A stretch of 63,629 nt of DNA, filler included, from Hausera hauseri (lineage: Eukaryota), in the NCBI GenBank assembly GCA_046269625.1. It is 12 parts of 12 records of this genome, joined end to end, with 100 filler letters (N's around TTAATTAATTAA, not from the genome) between each part and the next. Parts side by side here need not be neighbours in the genome. Positions count along the whole stretch, not along the records: positions 22,844 to 27,187 come from JBJURY010625886.1; positions 27,288 to 31,792 come from JBJURY010550451.1; positions 31,893 to 37,845 come from JBJURY010163865.1; 9 more parts are not named here. One strand, 5' to 3'. Positions 25,772 to 37,945 of this stretch are shown piece after piece. The notes under the pieces are model-generated. The model was not told the DNA's origin. It saw only the letters and a program-made list of their open reading frames with translations, and ran no database searches. The first letter of the stretch is position 1; each line of letters opens with the position of its first letter. Position numbers and translations under genes: made by a program.

Positions 25772-27187
25772 TTAAAGTCTTTGATAGATACAATTTTGCC
25801 ATACCCACATATGAGCTTGTTGAATACCAATGCTGTTTTCAGCATATGGATGCTGACCACTTATCAGCATATGTGGTACTGGTGTGGAAGTTGGGATTGG
25901 CAATGAGCTTCTTTGCTCGCTTTCAGTCAGAGACCAGTTCGATATTGATCCTGTTCCGGATATTCTCCATGGTCTTGCCAAAGACCGAGTTGTTGTAAAG
26001 CTTGAACTGGTCCTTCTCAAAATCGTTCTTGGCATTAGTCCGCAGCTTGGTATTGATATCTATGTAGGGCTGCAGCCACATGGACTGGCTAAACTGCAGG
26101 GCTCCTTGGATCTTGGTAATATGAAGTCCATGTCTAACTGCCTGATGGAGGTTGATGTAGTGAACTACATATCTCTCCTTATTACCCAGATGGCAGGGCA
26201 GCTTTCGCTGCTTTCCATGGGGCGAAGGCCTGCTCTCAGGGAGGAAAGGCAGCTGTTGATGCCTTGCGTGGATGGAAGCCGGATATTTTATATCCACCTC
26301 CAGTATGTAGCCCGTATCTCCAATGGGATCCAGGACTAATATAGGGATGTTTTCAGAATTCTTGATCCATTTGAAGTTATAATACGGCAATGAGGCGCTC
26401 ATTGCATATCCATACATGTTGTTGGCATCCAGGTATGATATATATGAGGATTCCTTGGTGAGTCATACGGGGTCATATACTTGTTGTTCGCCTCACTATA
26501 CCAGTGAATGGCCTGGCATATTCCGTTTCTAATGCCTCTTTCGATCATAAAGATCATGTCGTAATCCTTAATGATTTGCAGCCTTATGTCAGTATATATC
26601 TGCATTGCTGCCCAGCTCATCCCTGTAGCCGAGAAGAAATAAGCCGGATTCAATGCATGACTTTTCATTGTAACATTCCTGAATCTCTCAAAGACGTCCA
26701 TCAGCAGCCGCACGTCCGTCTTGAGGTATATGTCGCTGTATTCCTCTATTGTTCGGCATTGGAATGCATGCCAGACATTTTGGGCATAGTGGTAGTCAGC
26801 ATCATTGATATCGCAATCAGAGAGGATATTGTAATATCCTTCTTGTCCGCATTGAGGTCTTATCCAGTGTTTCCCATGAAGTTATATAGTCATAAGGAAA
26901 CACGCCTTTCCTTTTTACTGGGTCAAAGGTAGTGAGGAAGAATCGCTTCGTCTCCTTGAGTTCTTCTGCAGGGAGGTTCTTCACTAAACTGCCCAATGAC
27001 GAGCTCATGAAGCGGAAGCTGTCTATGAAGCGAAGTTTGATGAGGCCTTCATGCTTAGTGAAAGTAATATACTTCTCCTCACTGTTTGGGATTACATCAA
27101 TGTTTCCTTTAATGTTGCCTAATTCTCGGACTATGAAATGGGAATCATAGCCACTGAGATTATGAAACACTACAGGCACATATGTAC
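25772..27187 (-). pseudogene. Polinton pPolB internal fragment (third element)
   Basis: PVVFHNLSGYDSH, FIDSFRFMSSSL, RKGVFPYDY, YLKTDVRLL.DVFERFR, YLDANNMYGYAM, FKLYNNSVFGKTMEN and VGMAKL. Confidence 0.92.
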
Positions 27188-27486
27188 NNNNNNNNNNNNN
27201 NNNNNNNNNNNNNNNNNNNNNNNNNNNNNNNTTAATTAATTAANNNNNNNNNNNNNNNNNNNNNNNNNNNNNNNNNNNNNNNNNNNNGACAATGAGTAGT
27301 TCTTTTTAGACACTAGATCAAGGGCACTTGGTGTAGACTGGTTGTACGTTCAGCTTGAACACGCAATTTCTCAATGTTTGCTACGTTGATATTCGATTTG
27401 TAAACACAAAATGTGCTAGTAAGTCTGCAGATAAAATCCGAACATGAATGTCGGGCCAATTTTGTCGAAAAATTTTTTTTGAATTC

Positions 27487-27597
27487 TTTCGAGGCGGAAG
27501 ATCAACGGCCCACCTATGGGCTCGACGCGGCGATAACGGACGCCCGGCCGTGCCCGACTAAATGGGTCAAAGGGCACCGGCCGCTGCGGGCATCACA
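27487..27597 (-). repeat. Family A LTR head, apparently nested into another LTR copy
   Basis: TGTGATGCCCGCAGCGGCCGG..TTCCGCCTCGAAA abruptly interrupts the repeat shared with 30510-31130. No PPT in front of it. Confidence 0.7.
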
Positions 27598-28342
27598 CTG
27601 ACAGTTTTGTAATTTTGTCTTGCCGTCTGGTGAAATGTTTGTGCATTTTTATTCCAACACATTTGTCAAGGAACGATAAAATTAACTGATTGAAACGGCT
27701 AAATAGACTCTTCAACAGTGAACTAATGCCACCACCATTGGTGACTAAACTTTTCCCATTAACGCGCACATGAATTGATTCCAGAAAACCGATGGATGGC
27801 GACAAATGTAAAAAACACCAGTGATTAGAAGTTCTGTAGATAATTAAATCCAATTTGGGAGATTTCAGAAAACTAGACGCCGTCAAAAGTAATTAATAGC
27901 ACAATTCCTAATCCAGGGTATTTCGACAACGGCGACACGAATCTGTTTCAGCCAATTCATCGGACAGACATTGAATGAGTTTCAGTTGATGAAAAATCGT
28001 ATAAGTATTCTTTAATAACAAATTTTAATAGCCCTTTTAATTCAACTGGAATTCCATTTTCTAATTTAATATCATATCCCGCAGCAAAAACATTATCAAA
28101 CAAAAAACAATTTTTTGAGAAATTTTTAAGATCATTTGCCGAAAGTTGAAATTTGCAAATTTTTGATTAAATATTTAAACAAAGTTAATAAGACCTATCA
28201 GAAATGACTTGTTTTATATCGTTCCACGGAAATTTTCCAGGAGGAAGATCTGATCCAACTATGGACCCAACGTAAAGGCGACGGATGCCCAGCCGCGTCC
28301 GACCACATTGGCCAAATTTCACCAAACGATGTGAACACCACA
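27598..28342 (-). repeat. Family A LTR copy (head + coding-like cargo)
   Basis: Follows the PPT at 28343-28352 and aligns colinearly with ~30505-31250. Confidence 0.75.
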
Positions 28343-29152
28343 TTACCCCATCGTAACAAAGCGAAAACTATAAAGATCAAAATAGACGGAAAGAAAAAAT
28401 CACTAAACAAAAATTGTCTGTGTGAGGTGGTCTTAGTGTGGACATGACGTTGGGTGACTTCTACTGATTTTTCACTGCTATACTTGCTAAATATGACTCT
28501 ACGTGTTTTATCTGTATGCGATGTGTTTGCTTGCCGAATTTGAAGTTGGAGAAAAAAATTGTGAACAGCCTGTAGAGGTTGACGGTGTGTTCCGCCAGCC
28601 AAGCAGAACGTACGGAAGGAGTGTAGTCCAACTGCGATTGGACTCAGCATGGATTTTGAGAGACGTTTTCATCGTTCGGTGAAAGCGTTCGAGAAGGCAA
28701 TTCGTTTGAGGATGATATGGTGACGTGTGAATGTAATTAATTCCCAATCAATTGACAAGAGCTTTAAACAGGTAGGATTCGAACAGTGGACCTTGTTCCG
28801 AAATGATGTGTCGAGGTGATCCAAACCTGCTGATCCAAGTGCGGATGAAAACGTCTGCAATGGTTTCTGTGTTGCTGCTCCGAAGCAGGACAGCCTCTGG
28901 TCATCGCGTGGAACGGTTAATCATTGTGAGGATGAACTGATGGCCGTCGTCTAAGGGTAGTGGGCCTACAAGATCAATGTGAACAGATTCAAAACGAGAC
29001 GTGCAGGGAAAATGATATAAAGGTGGCTTTAAGTGCTTAGTAAATTTGTAATTTTGGCATGCCACACACTACCTACCCATGCCTGTACGTCAGAGTGCAT
29101 CGAGGTCCATACTACTTGGCGTTGTAAGAGTCAAAAAGTGGCCTTGGGACCA
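28343..29152 (-). mobile_element. Family A Gypsy integrase core (internally deleted element)
   Basis: GPKATF, CVACQ, VHIDLVGPLP, IISEQGPLFES, HTSPYHPQTNCLLERFHRTMK and GWRNTPSTSTGCS. Confidence 0.9.
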
Positions 29153-31250
29153 CGATTATTATTGACCAATTCCATTGGATTCGTAACGATAATTTGATAC
29201 ATCAGCATCCAAATTCAATTCACCATATCGTAAAAGTGGCGTAGTAAAAAAACTTAAATTCAACTGTGTACAAAATTTACTGTTTATTAAAACAAAAATT
29301 TTTTAGCAGTGATAATAATTTGACAATAATATAACATTTCGTGATAAGTTGGAAGGATAAATATATATATCACCAGACACCAGCAAAAACGAAATCAATG
29401 GAATTAAAGAATGGAGAAAGCCGAAAAGTCGGTAACGCATATTTTATTTACACAATTAAAAAAATGCGAATACAAATCTAAAGAATTATTAACTTCTTCA
29501 ATTCATCAGAAAATGCTACAGCAAATACGAAAGACTGACTGACAATGAAAAACGTCCTCGTTTATCGAATATTAAAATATGCAGAGCTGAGTACAACAGA
29601 TTATTTTGGTATGTATGAATAAATCAATCGATAATGACAGTCTGATTTGCAATTGTAATAATAAAAGCATCGGGAATTTTATTTACAGAAACAAAGAAAC
29701 ATCGAGAGGAACGGAGAACATTTATAGATTTACAACTGTCGTAACAACGATCAGAAAGGAATTGGCCACGTATTTCAAAACCTCGTAAAACGTCGATAGT
29801 GCAGCGGTTTTAAAACACAATTTTCAACAATTCTCGAACTACGTCAACGGGATTGACGAAAAATAAATATTTCATATCCAAAAGAATCTCAGAGATTTTT
29901 CGGATCAGCAGACAATCTATCACAACACCGTCATAACAACGCTTCAAAACTAAGCGGAAGACAAAACATTCGTGTCCGTTGTAATTGGAAACGGCTGGCA
30001 ATAACGGACTGATTTGTCGGGACACTGAATCGGACGATTATCGATTTAAACAGTTTGTTGTGTTTATGACCGGGAACATTTATTTCAATTACCGAGCCAA
30101 CCTGTTCGGCCGGTCCCAGACACAATGCATTGTCCTCGATATACCGACTGAGATTCAAAAGACAATATGGAAATTTATCTTTAATTGTCTGATCGAGTAA
30201 ATCCGTATCGGCATACCACAGGAAAATATCTCGAAAACAAACACCGGATTCGAGACACCAAAGAAGGAATTGGAAATGTTTCGATTCGTCGTGGAAAATG
30301 TCGGCGAACTCGTACTTCAAAAACTTCGTCGTGACTTGCAGTAATGAGCGCAGTAATTTCTTTAAATTGTCCATCGGGATTTCTAATTCAAACTCAGCGG
30401 TTTTCTATCGGAGAGATTCGTTCAACAGAACGGACAGCATGTCGTTGAACACTCGGCTGGCACTGACGATAATCTGATTATTGTTGAGATACTCATCGAT
30501 TGGTCACTAACAGTTTTGTAATTTTGTCTTGCGGTCCGGTGAAATGTTTGTGCATTTTTATTCCAACACATTTGTCAAGGAACGATAAAATTAGCTGACT
30601 GGAACGGCTAAATAGACTCGTCAACAATGAAGTAACGCCACCACCATTGGTGATTAAACATTTCCCATTAACGTGCATATAAATTGATTCCAGTCAACCC
30701 ATGGATGGCGAAAAATGTGGAAAACACCAGTGATTGGAAGTTCTGTCTAGAATTAAATCGAATTTTGGAAATTCCAGAAAACTAGACGCTGTCAGAAGTA
30801 ATTCAGAGCACAATTCCGAATCCAGGGTATTTCGACAACGGCGACACGAATCTGTTTCCGGCAATTCATCGGACAGACATTGACTGAGTTTCGGTTGATA
30901 AAACATCGTATAAGTATTCTTTAATAAGAGATTCCAATAGTCGTTTTAATTCAACTGGAATTTCATTTTGTAATTTTATATCATATCTCGCAGCAAAAAC
31001 ATTATCAAACAAATAACATTTTTTTGAGAAATTTCTAAGATCATTTGCCGAAAGTTGAAATTTGCAAACTTTTGATTAAATATTTAAACAAAGTTAATAA
31101 GACCTATAAAAAATAACTTGTTTCATATCGTTCCACGGAAATTTTCGAGGCGCAAGATCGGGCTCAACTATGGACCCAACGCGGCGGCGACGGATGCCGA
31201 CCGCTTCCGACATCATAGGCCAAAGGGTACCGGCCGCTGTGGGCACCACA
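29153..31250 (-). repeat. Family A LTR copy (~2.1 kb) containing a long decayed ORF of unknown function
   Basis: Begins with TGTGG after the PPT at 31251-31265. ORF pieces 30694-30906, 30493-30678, 29931-30374 and 29810-30025 join by frameshifts. Confidence 0.6.
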
Positions 31251-31792
31251 TCACCTCCCCGTGGCAAAGCAAAAACTATAAAGATCAAAATAGACGGAAA
31301 GAAAAAATCGCTAAACGAAAAAGTGTCTGTGTCAGCTGGTGTTAGTGTGGATAAGATGTTGGGTGCCTTCTATTTATTTTGCCCTGCTACACTTGCTAAA
31401 TGTGACTCTGCGTTTTTTGTCTTTATGCGATGTGTTTGCTTGCAGAGTTTGAAGTTGGGAAAAAATTGTGTAATTTTGTGAGTGTTGTGTCGTGCGAAGA
31501 TGAGTCAGAATAAAGAGAAGAAGGTGAAGAAGGAAGAGAGATTCTTTAAGACGGGTGGTTAAAGGTATTCAAGAGGGTGTTAGAAGACGAAGGAATGATA
31601 AAAGGTGTAGTGGCGGATGAAGGAAGAGAGGTGAATGTTGGAGTAGAAGTTGAAATTGTATTAGACGGAAGAGTGGAAATGAAAGATGAAAGAGAGGCAG
31701 TGGTAGAGACAAGAAAAGAGATAGGGACAGAAGTAGAGAGAGGAGGAAGTTGCGAAGCGGAAATGAAAGAGGTAAAAGACGATGTGTAAGGA
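31251..31792 (-). mobile_element. Family A Gypsy 3' tail + PPT
   Basis: S/T/P-rich tail, RRVTFSKCSR and PPT CCACGGGGAGGTGA, as at 5780-6393. Confidence 0.8.
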
Positions 31793-31892
31793 NNNNNNNN
31801 NNNNNNNNNNNNNNNNNNNNNNNNNNNNNNNNNNNNTTAATTAATTAANNNNNNNNNNNNNNNNNNNNNNNNNNNNNNNNNNNNNNNNNNNN

Positions 31893-34800
31893 CCTGTGAC
31901 TGGATTTACACCATTCTTCATGACTTATTGCAGAGAAGCCATATTACCGACTGATTTAGGAACAATATCGTATACTAGAAATCCAGAAGACTTAGAACAG
32001 AATTTCGTCGAAGTGTTACAGATTAGATTACAAAAGTGTTGGGAAATAGCAAAAAAATTATCTCAAGACTATTAAGAACAATTTAAAAAGCAACATGATA
32101 AGAAAACTAAACCACACGATTTAGAACAATGAAATTGGGTTTATGTACATTATCTACCAGACAAGGAAGGCATGTCCTTAAAAGTTACTATTACTGGAAG
32201 AGGACCTTGTGAGGTTATTAGAAACACACCGACTACGGTTTATATTAACAAAAATGGTAAAAAAGTTGTGCCAATACATAGAGTTGTTAAAAAGGAAATA
32301 AAACCAAATAAACTTTATAATCCACGGCCAAAGAACGTAGACCGGAAACAAAAAGTGGCGACGACTTCCACTATAATTGCCAGATCGATATTATATGTAC
32401 AGATAGTTTCAGCACTATCATTAATCATTTCAGATGTTCCAAAAAACAAAGCAAACAACCCTTACTATGAGAAATAGCAACTGCGGGGACATGGTTGGAT
32501 ATGGAGAATTTAGAATCATTAAGAGTCTACGACATTAATTGGAATATACCATGCGCCTAGTTTAAAACAGATAACCTTGTCAAGGGTCATGTGAAGTTTC
32601 AGATACGATTCATTGATAGAATCAGAAAAATATTGAAAAAATGTAACTTTCCCTATGGAGCCCAACAATAGCGTTGTAAACTAGAGTTTGAACGATTATA
32701 CGAATAATACTTCAAATGTTTTATTATCATTTCCTTGCAGCCCAAGCCTACATACTCCCACAATTCAATATAGAAATGAAAGTAATACTTCAAAACTAAT
32801 ACTACGGATAATACTTCAAATGTTTTATTATCATTTCCTTGCAGCCCAAGCCTACATACTCCCACAATTTAATATAGAAATGAAACTAATCAAGCAAAAC
32901 TTAACGACATCATTCGAAGTTCCAACCGTCACAGAAAAAATTTGGAAGACAACATGATTGGGATTTTGTAGGACTTAAAGAATAAATGTATCCAAACTGA
33001 AACCAAAAGAAGATTGTCGGGCGATAGTAAAATCTCTATTCGATTCCTTCTGATAGCAAAGTTAGCTCCCTCAGCGAATTACTGTTACATCGGACGAGAT
33101 AAAGCTAACTTTATTGTAAAATTCCAATGAAACACGAATACAGAATACAATTCTATGTATATGGAATCCGACAGGAGGAACCAAGCATTTACCTGAAAGG
33201 ATATAGCCCGGAAATTGAGATATGGAAAATTTCACTGGAAACGACAAGAAAGCCAACTACTCGAATGCGTATCGTCACCGAGATCGAAACTTCGAGTAAA
33301 ATGTCAGAAAGAAAGTTAGAAATAATGCCTGTTAAATTCTCGATACATCACGATAGAATAGCGCTTTACGTTGAAGAAAAGTTAAACTATGATATTAAAA
33401 TTAAATGTCGCACTCGACATACTACACAAGTTGTAATATTAAAAAAGGATAGTCAGGAAACCGAATGTAAGCTTTTTCGACCACAATACAACTATGCAAT
33501 TAAAGTTACTGCAGAAGGTAAAAAGCCTAAAACCTTTACGCTACAAACTCGAAATTCGAGTAATGGAATATAAAGATACTAGTACCAAGAACACGATTAT
33601 TACAAAAAATTCAATTGAGCCAAATAACTCACCAATAATGTCTGTTTTTGGTTCGTCAACCTTCCTTCTCATTATAATAACCGCGACAGTTTTTTTAGTT
33701 TCCAAAAACTGTACTAAGTGACGTCAATAATAATCGGCAGGAAAATATACGGGTAAAATGGTACGAAGATCAGATATATCATAGAATAGATCGAGGCCTA
33801 TCTTATCATCAGACAGAGAAAATGTTTTGTTTTAAAACGGTGATCTATCTTAGGACTGACCTTTATTTTTATTTCAGAAGCCTAAGTATGGCCGAAAAGG
33901 GGGAAATTTCAGAACGCAGTTCGAGATACGGAAGAGACGATTTCATGCAGCAGAATATTACGGTCCTAAACCTTCCATCGAAAAGTTTGTATCGTCAAAT
34001 TGGAAAAAGCCTAAAGAATAAAGCATATGTAGAAATTGACCAGGAAAGTCAAATACCTAATGGATTAAAATTGGGCTTAGAAGAGAATCGGATAACCCGC
34101 TTATACGCGATGAGAAACTAAAAGGTTGCACGAGCATACCTGTTGAGAGATTTGATTCCATATGAACCGAGACATCAGCATATATACATACATGTCGCTG
34201 ATGGTGAAATCCAGTTCAGAATTGTATGACAGCTCTTGAACACTTAAAGGAGTAAACAATGAAAATTTGGCACCTATGAACTATGTTGCTGTAGACTCAT
34301 GGAGTGCGCTTTAGAGTTTAGAATTGCCGAAATTTGAACGGCAATTATGTTCGAATTAACATTACGTACCGAGATAATGAAACCCGTACAACCAATATTA
34401 TTAATCCTTCGGAAGATGAAATAGAGCAGGAATGTTAGAATTTTATCAGTAAACTATGGACAGAAAGAAGATGGATGGTATATACCAATAGAAATATCCA
34501 TCAGAAATCTAAACGCAGACAAACAGATAAACAAAATAACTGAACCTAGAATCAAAGCAAAGGACACTTTTCAGATGTTACAGGAATAATAAAACCACAG
34601 CTTGAAAAGGGCAAGGATTTCCTCGAAATACAAGATGACATAAGCCATTGCCTGTATGGAATCACCGTAGTAGGATATAAAGTGCATGAAACACTAGAAA
34701 AATTAAGAATCCCACAAAAATACATAACTATAATCCGCAAATTGGGCCGTAATCCAACAATTATAAGACAGAGAACGATTTAGTGAAGAAGAAAGGATGT

Positions 34801-35385
34801 TTACTTTCCCCAGTTTCACAGGAATCCTAATTCAAAATGATGTTAGAAGCCATGTATGTCGATTATTTCCGTTTCCCTACGCTATTAACAGCAAGCCAGA
34901 GGACAAAACTAGTAAGAGATATTTATGTTTATCTACTATAGGACCATGAATGGAAGCCAAGAAATCCCATACAAAATTAAATGTCCGATAGTAATACAAA
35001 TATTCTGATGCAGAAAGTTCGATGAAGATTCAGCGAATACCCCATACTTAGACAGATTGGTCCACAGAAGGATAACAGTTTTCAAATTACTGTTCAAACC
35101 AAGCTAATCGAGCCACCCAACAAATTAAGTCAATCAAAAATATGAAAGAAAAACGAATACAATCAACCAGTCGAGGACAAATACAACAGCAGAACTCCGC
35201 TATAAGATCGAAAATCTCAAAGAATCTTGATCAGTCCAGGATCATGCATAAACAAGTTCCCCACCAGCAAAAACAAAAAAGTTGGACCCACAGAAAATAG
35301 AATAAAAAAAAAACAGAAAATACAGAAATAGAAAATTTCCCTTCTTGAATATATAAATAAAAAGTAAAATAAGGCTAGCCCCATC
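31893..35385 (+). mobile_element. Decayed relative of the enveloped Gypsy: integrase C-terminus, post-integrase type I membrane protein and exonuclease-fold accessory ORF
   Basis: VTGFTPFFMTYCREAILPTD and GRGPCEV; hydrophobic IIARSILYVQIVSALSLII; FN3-like CKLFRPQYNYAIKVTA; TM SVFGSSTFLLIIITATVFLV; and PIEISIRNLN..VTGI..VVGYKV at ~34443-34780. Confidence 0.8.
32700..32885 (+). repeat. Near-perfect ~82-bp direct duplication (period 104)
   Basis: ATAATACTTCAAATGTTTT..AATATAGAAATGAAA occurs at ~32700-32781 and ~32804-32885. Confidence 0.9.
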
Positions 35386-35387
35386 CA

Positions 35388-36243
35388 TCAATGACAAGCA
35401 TTATTGTCAGGTGAATATGCTGGTTGCTTCCTCACTGTAACTTTCTTGCTTCGAAAAAAATCTGCAGTTTTATAAGATCCTTGGGGTTTGACTGTCATGT
35501 ATGATGACACAGTTTTTCCATCCAATAATCCGTCCACCACAGTGTGTAAAATTGTGTATATTCTGAAGAAATGCAACATAACGAGCACTTGTGATTGTTT
35601 CTCCTTATAATAAAACTTCGAAATAAAAATTTCTTCCCAAACTGATGGTCATAATGACCATTGCTTTTTTGTCTGACAGCATGGAATCCACACATTACAC
35701 GCGTGTCATGTTCAGGTTATCATACAATATTTAATGAGCAGAGCCAATACTGACAGAGAAATTTCTTCATCTGTTACATGGAGGTCATTATTCAATAAAT
35801 CTCGAACAGTTCCAATATTTTTGGAGTAATGCTTGTTTCTGATCGCCTTGCACGTTGCTCATTCGTTGCGGAAGCCTCACTCTTTGAATAATGCCGATAT
35901 ACTGTTGCTAGTGACGGAGAATCATCATCCCATGCATGGACAAAATATTGATGAATTGACTGTGCATAAGAATTATTTCTTTTCATTCTCAATAAAAAAG
36001 CGGTAAATTCTCGTTCACAATTCATTGCTAATATGTTATGAATATAAGACTTACACCTGTTATATGGTGAGAGCAATGTTTACAATAAAATTACGTTTCC
36101 AAGAAATTGTCCAATCATATTTAAATACACGCACACAACAGCTGACATGCATAAATAAACAACTACGCACACAGAAGCTATTAGTTCAGTGTGCTAGTTT
36201 GCATTGAATATTTTTCTCAAAACTTTTTGAATTACCTAAGTGT
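35388..36243 (-). mobile_element. Decayed mariner/Tc1 element
   Basis: HTH region (SPSLATVYRHY..RARR), VTDE and KQPAYSPDNNAC (YSPD motif). Ends at a TA at 36243-36244 that cuts the adjacent element's cytoplasmic tail. Confidence 0.8.
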
Positions 36244-36244
36244 A

Positions 36245-37845
36245 TCGTATTTTCCTTCCATATGTGACCATTAAAATTACAACTATGCCAGTACCGGATA
36301 TAATAACGAGTATCCACCAATCGTGTGAAGTACGTTCAGTTGTAATTTGTGCAGAAGTAGTTATTCTAGGTTTCTAATCTTCGTCGTTGTACCTTATGTG
36401 TCGATACCGATCTGCAATGGTTAACGTCTTTATTTCCACTAGTTTCGAGTTATTTTGTGTCCTTATTGACACTAGGTCATTTGTATCCGACGTTAGGCTA
36501 TCACAAAATTATATTTATTTTTCAAACAATTGATTTCAATTTTCTTATGGGCGCTAGTACATTTTATTCCAATTCCATGTTCCCGAGTTTCTTAAAGAAT
36601 CGTTATTTTGATACGATTTGTATAAGCTTTTAATTTGAATCCCACTAGTTTTTCTTTGAAAATGTTTGTTTGGTTCTTTAGTTGTTTGGACTACTCGTAT
36701 TACTTCCCACCATTAAGGGTTAGTGTCCGTGTAGTGGGTGTAGTTGTTGGTATTGTCTTAGTCGGAATAAATTTCTTTTGGTCATTTTCGACTCGGATAA
36801 GAAATGGAAAATAAATGTAGCGTAATTGGATGCTTTTCTGATTTGGCACATGTTGATATAGGGAGAGGCGGAGTTCATAGCAGTAAAGTGAAAAAAACGT
36901 ACAGCACGTGACTTTGTGTTCTACTTAAATAACAGTAAGGTAATTGGGGCAAGGATGCACCTATTTGTCATAATAATACACTGATTTCAGAGTTTGGTGG
37001 CATACGTTGTATAGTCCCAATGGTTTCTGAGGATCAGTGCCCAAATATTTGACGTTATCCACTAGTAATCGAGTAATAAATTTTGTGCTGAATATTATTT
37101 CTGACCTATCCGCATTTTTTATGCCTTCATGTGTTGGAATGTGCATTTCTTGCTTGTGTTCCATCTGGTAATAGTGCCTATAATTATCAGTCACACAATT
37201 GTATTTGATAGGTATAGTTCATGTTATAATCGAATTTACAACAGGTCAAATTGCGTCCATCTGTGATCATACTGCCAATTGATTCCTTCATCGAAGAGGT
37301 AAATTTAAAATGAACTTAATCCGGGGAGTACTGGAAAATGCGCCATGAAACAAATGCCTGGTAAGTCTGTCAATATTAGTTATAATGGTATGTCTAACTA
37401 GTTCAAACTTTACGACGCGTATTTTTGTACGATTATTAGCTGCTACTGTTACTTGCAAAAGACATGTCAACATTATGAACAGAGAGATACAGATGATACT
37501 ACCCAATTTGTGGTGAAATCTGTAGCTTACTAGTTCCTGATTATCTTGTTTTTGGCACAATGCAGTAACTTTTGGTTCTACCAATTCTGGTAAAGTTAGT
37601 TCTCCTTGTCGTACGAAATCATTATATGACATGGGTGCCCGTGTAACTCGTTGTACTGATACAGCTTCGTATTTATTTGATTTTTTTGACTGAAAAGTGT
37701 TTGTGGTCGTATATCTACAATTTTGTACAGTCTTTGTTCGGTACGTCTTAATTTTAGTGACTCCTTTCTTAACAGTAGGATACTAAACCATTACGTGATC
37801 GCCAATCTTATAAGTATGTGGACGTGCTTTCTTACTGGACTGTTT
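36245..37845 (-). mobile_element. Third decayed relative: integrase C-terminus followed by a signal peptide, ectodomain and TM
   Basis: KARPHTYKIGDHVMV.YPTVKKG (IN tail); LGSIICISLFIMLTCLLQVTVAA; Thr-rich PTKTIPTTTPTT; CDSLTSDTN; TM WWILVIISGTGIVVILMVTY followed by GRKIR (~36245-36320). Confidence 0.72.
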
Positions 37846-37945
37846 NNNNNNNNNNNNNNNNNNNNNNNNNNNNNNNNNNNNNNNNNNNNTTAATTAATTA
37901 ANNNNNNNNNNNNNNNNNNNNNNNNNNNNNNNNNNNNNNNNNNNN

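Noticed and set aside
1049-27187. One large Polinton spanning the pPolB, ATPase, integrase and penton pieces
   Set aside because: The pieces are on separate contigs, and the pPolB fragments overlap in domain content with different sequences, so they come from several elements.
32700-32885. Direct repeat as a CRISPR-like or diversity-generating unit
   Set aside because: Only two copies, and the 104-nt period breaks the frame. Best explained as a slippage duplication in a dead element.
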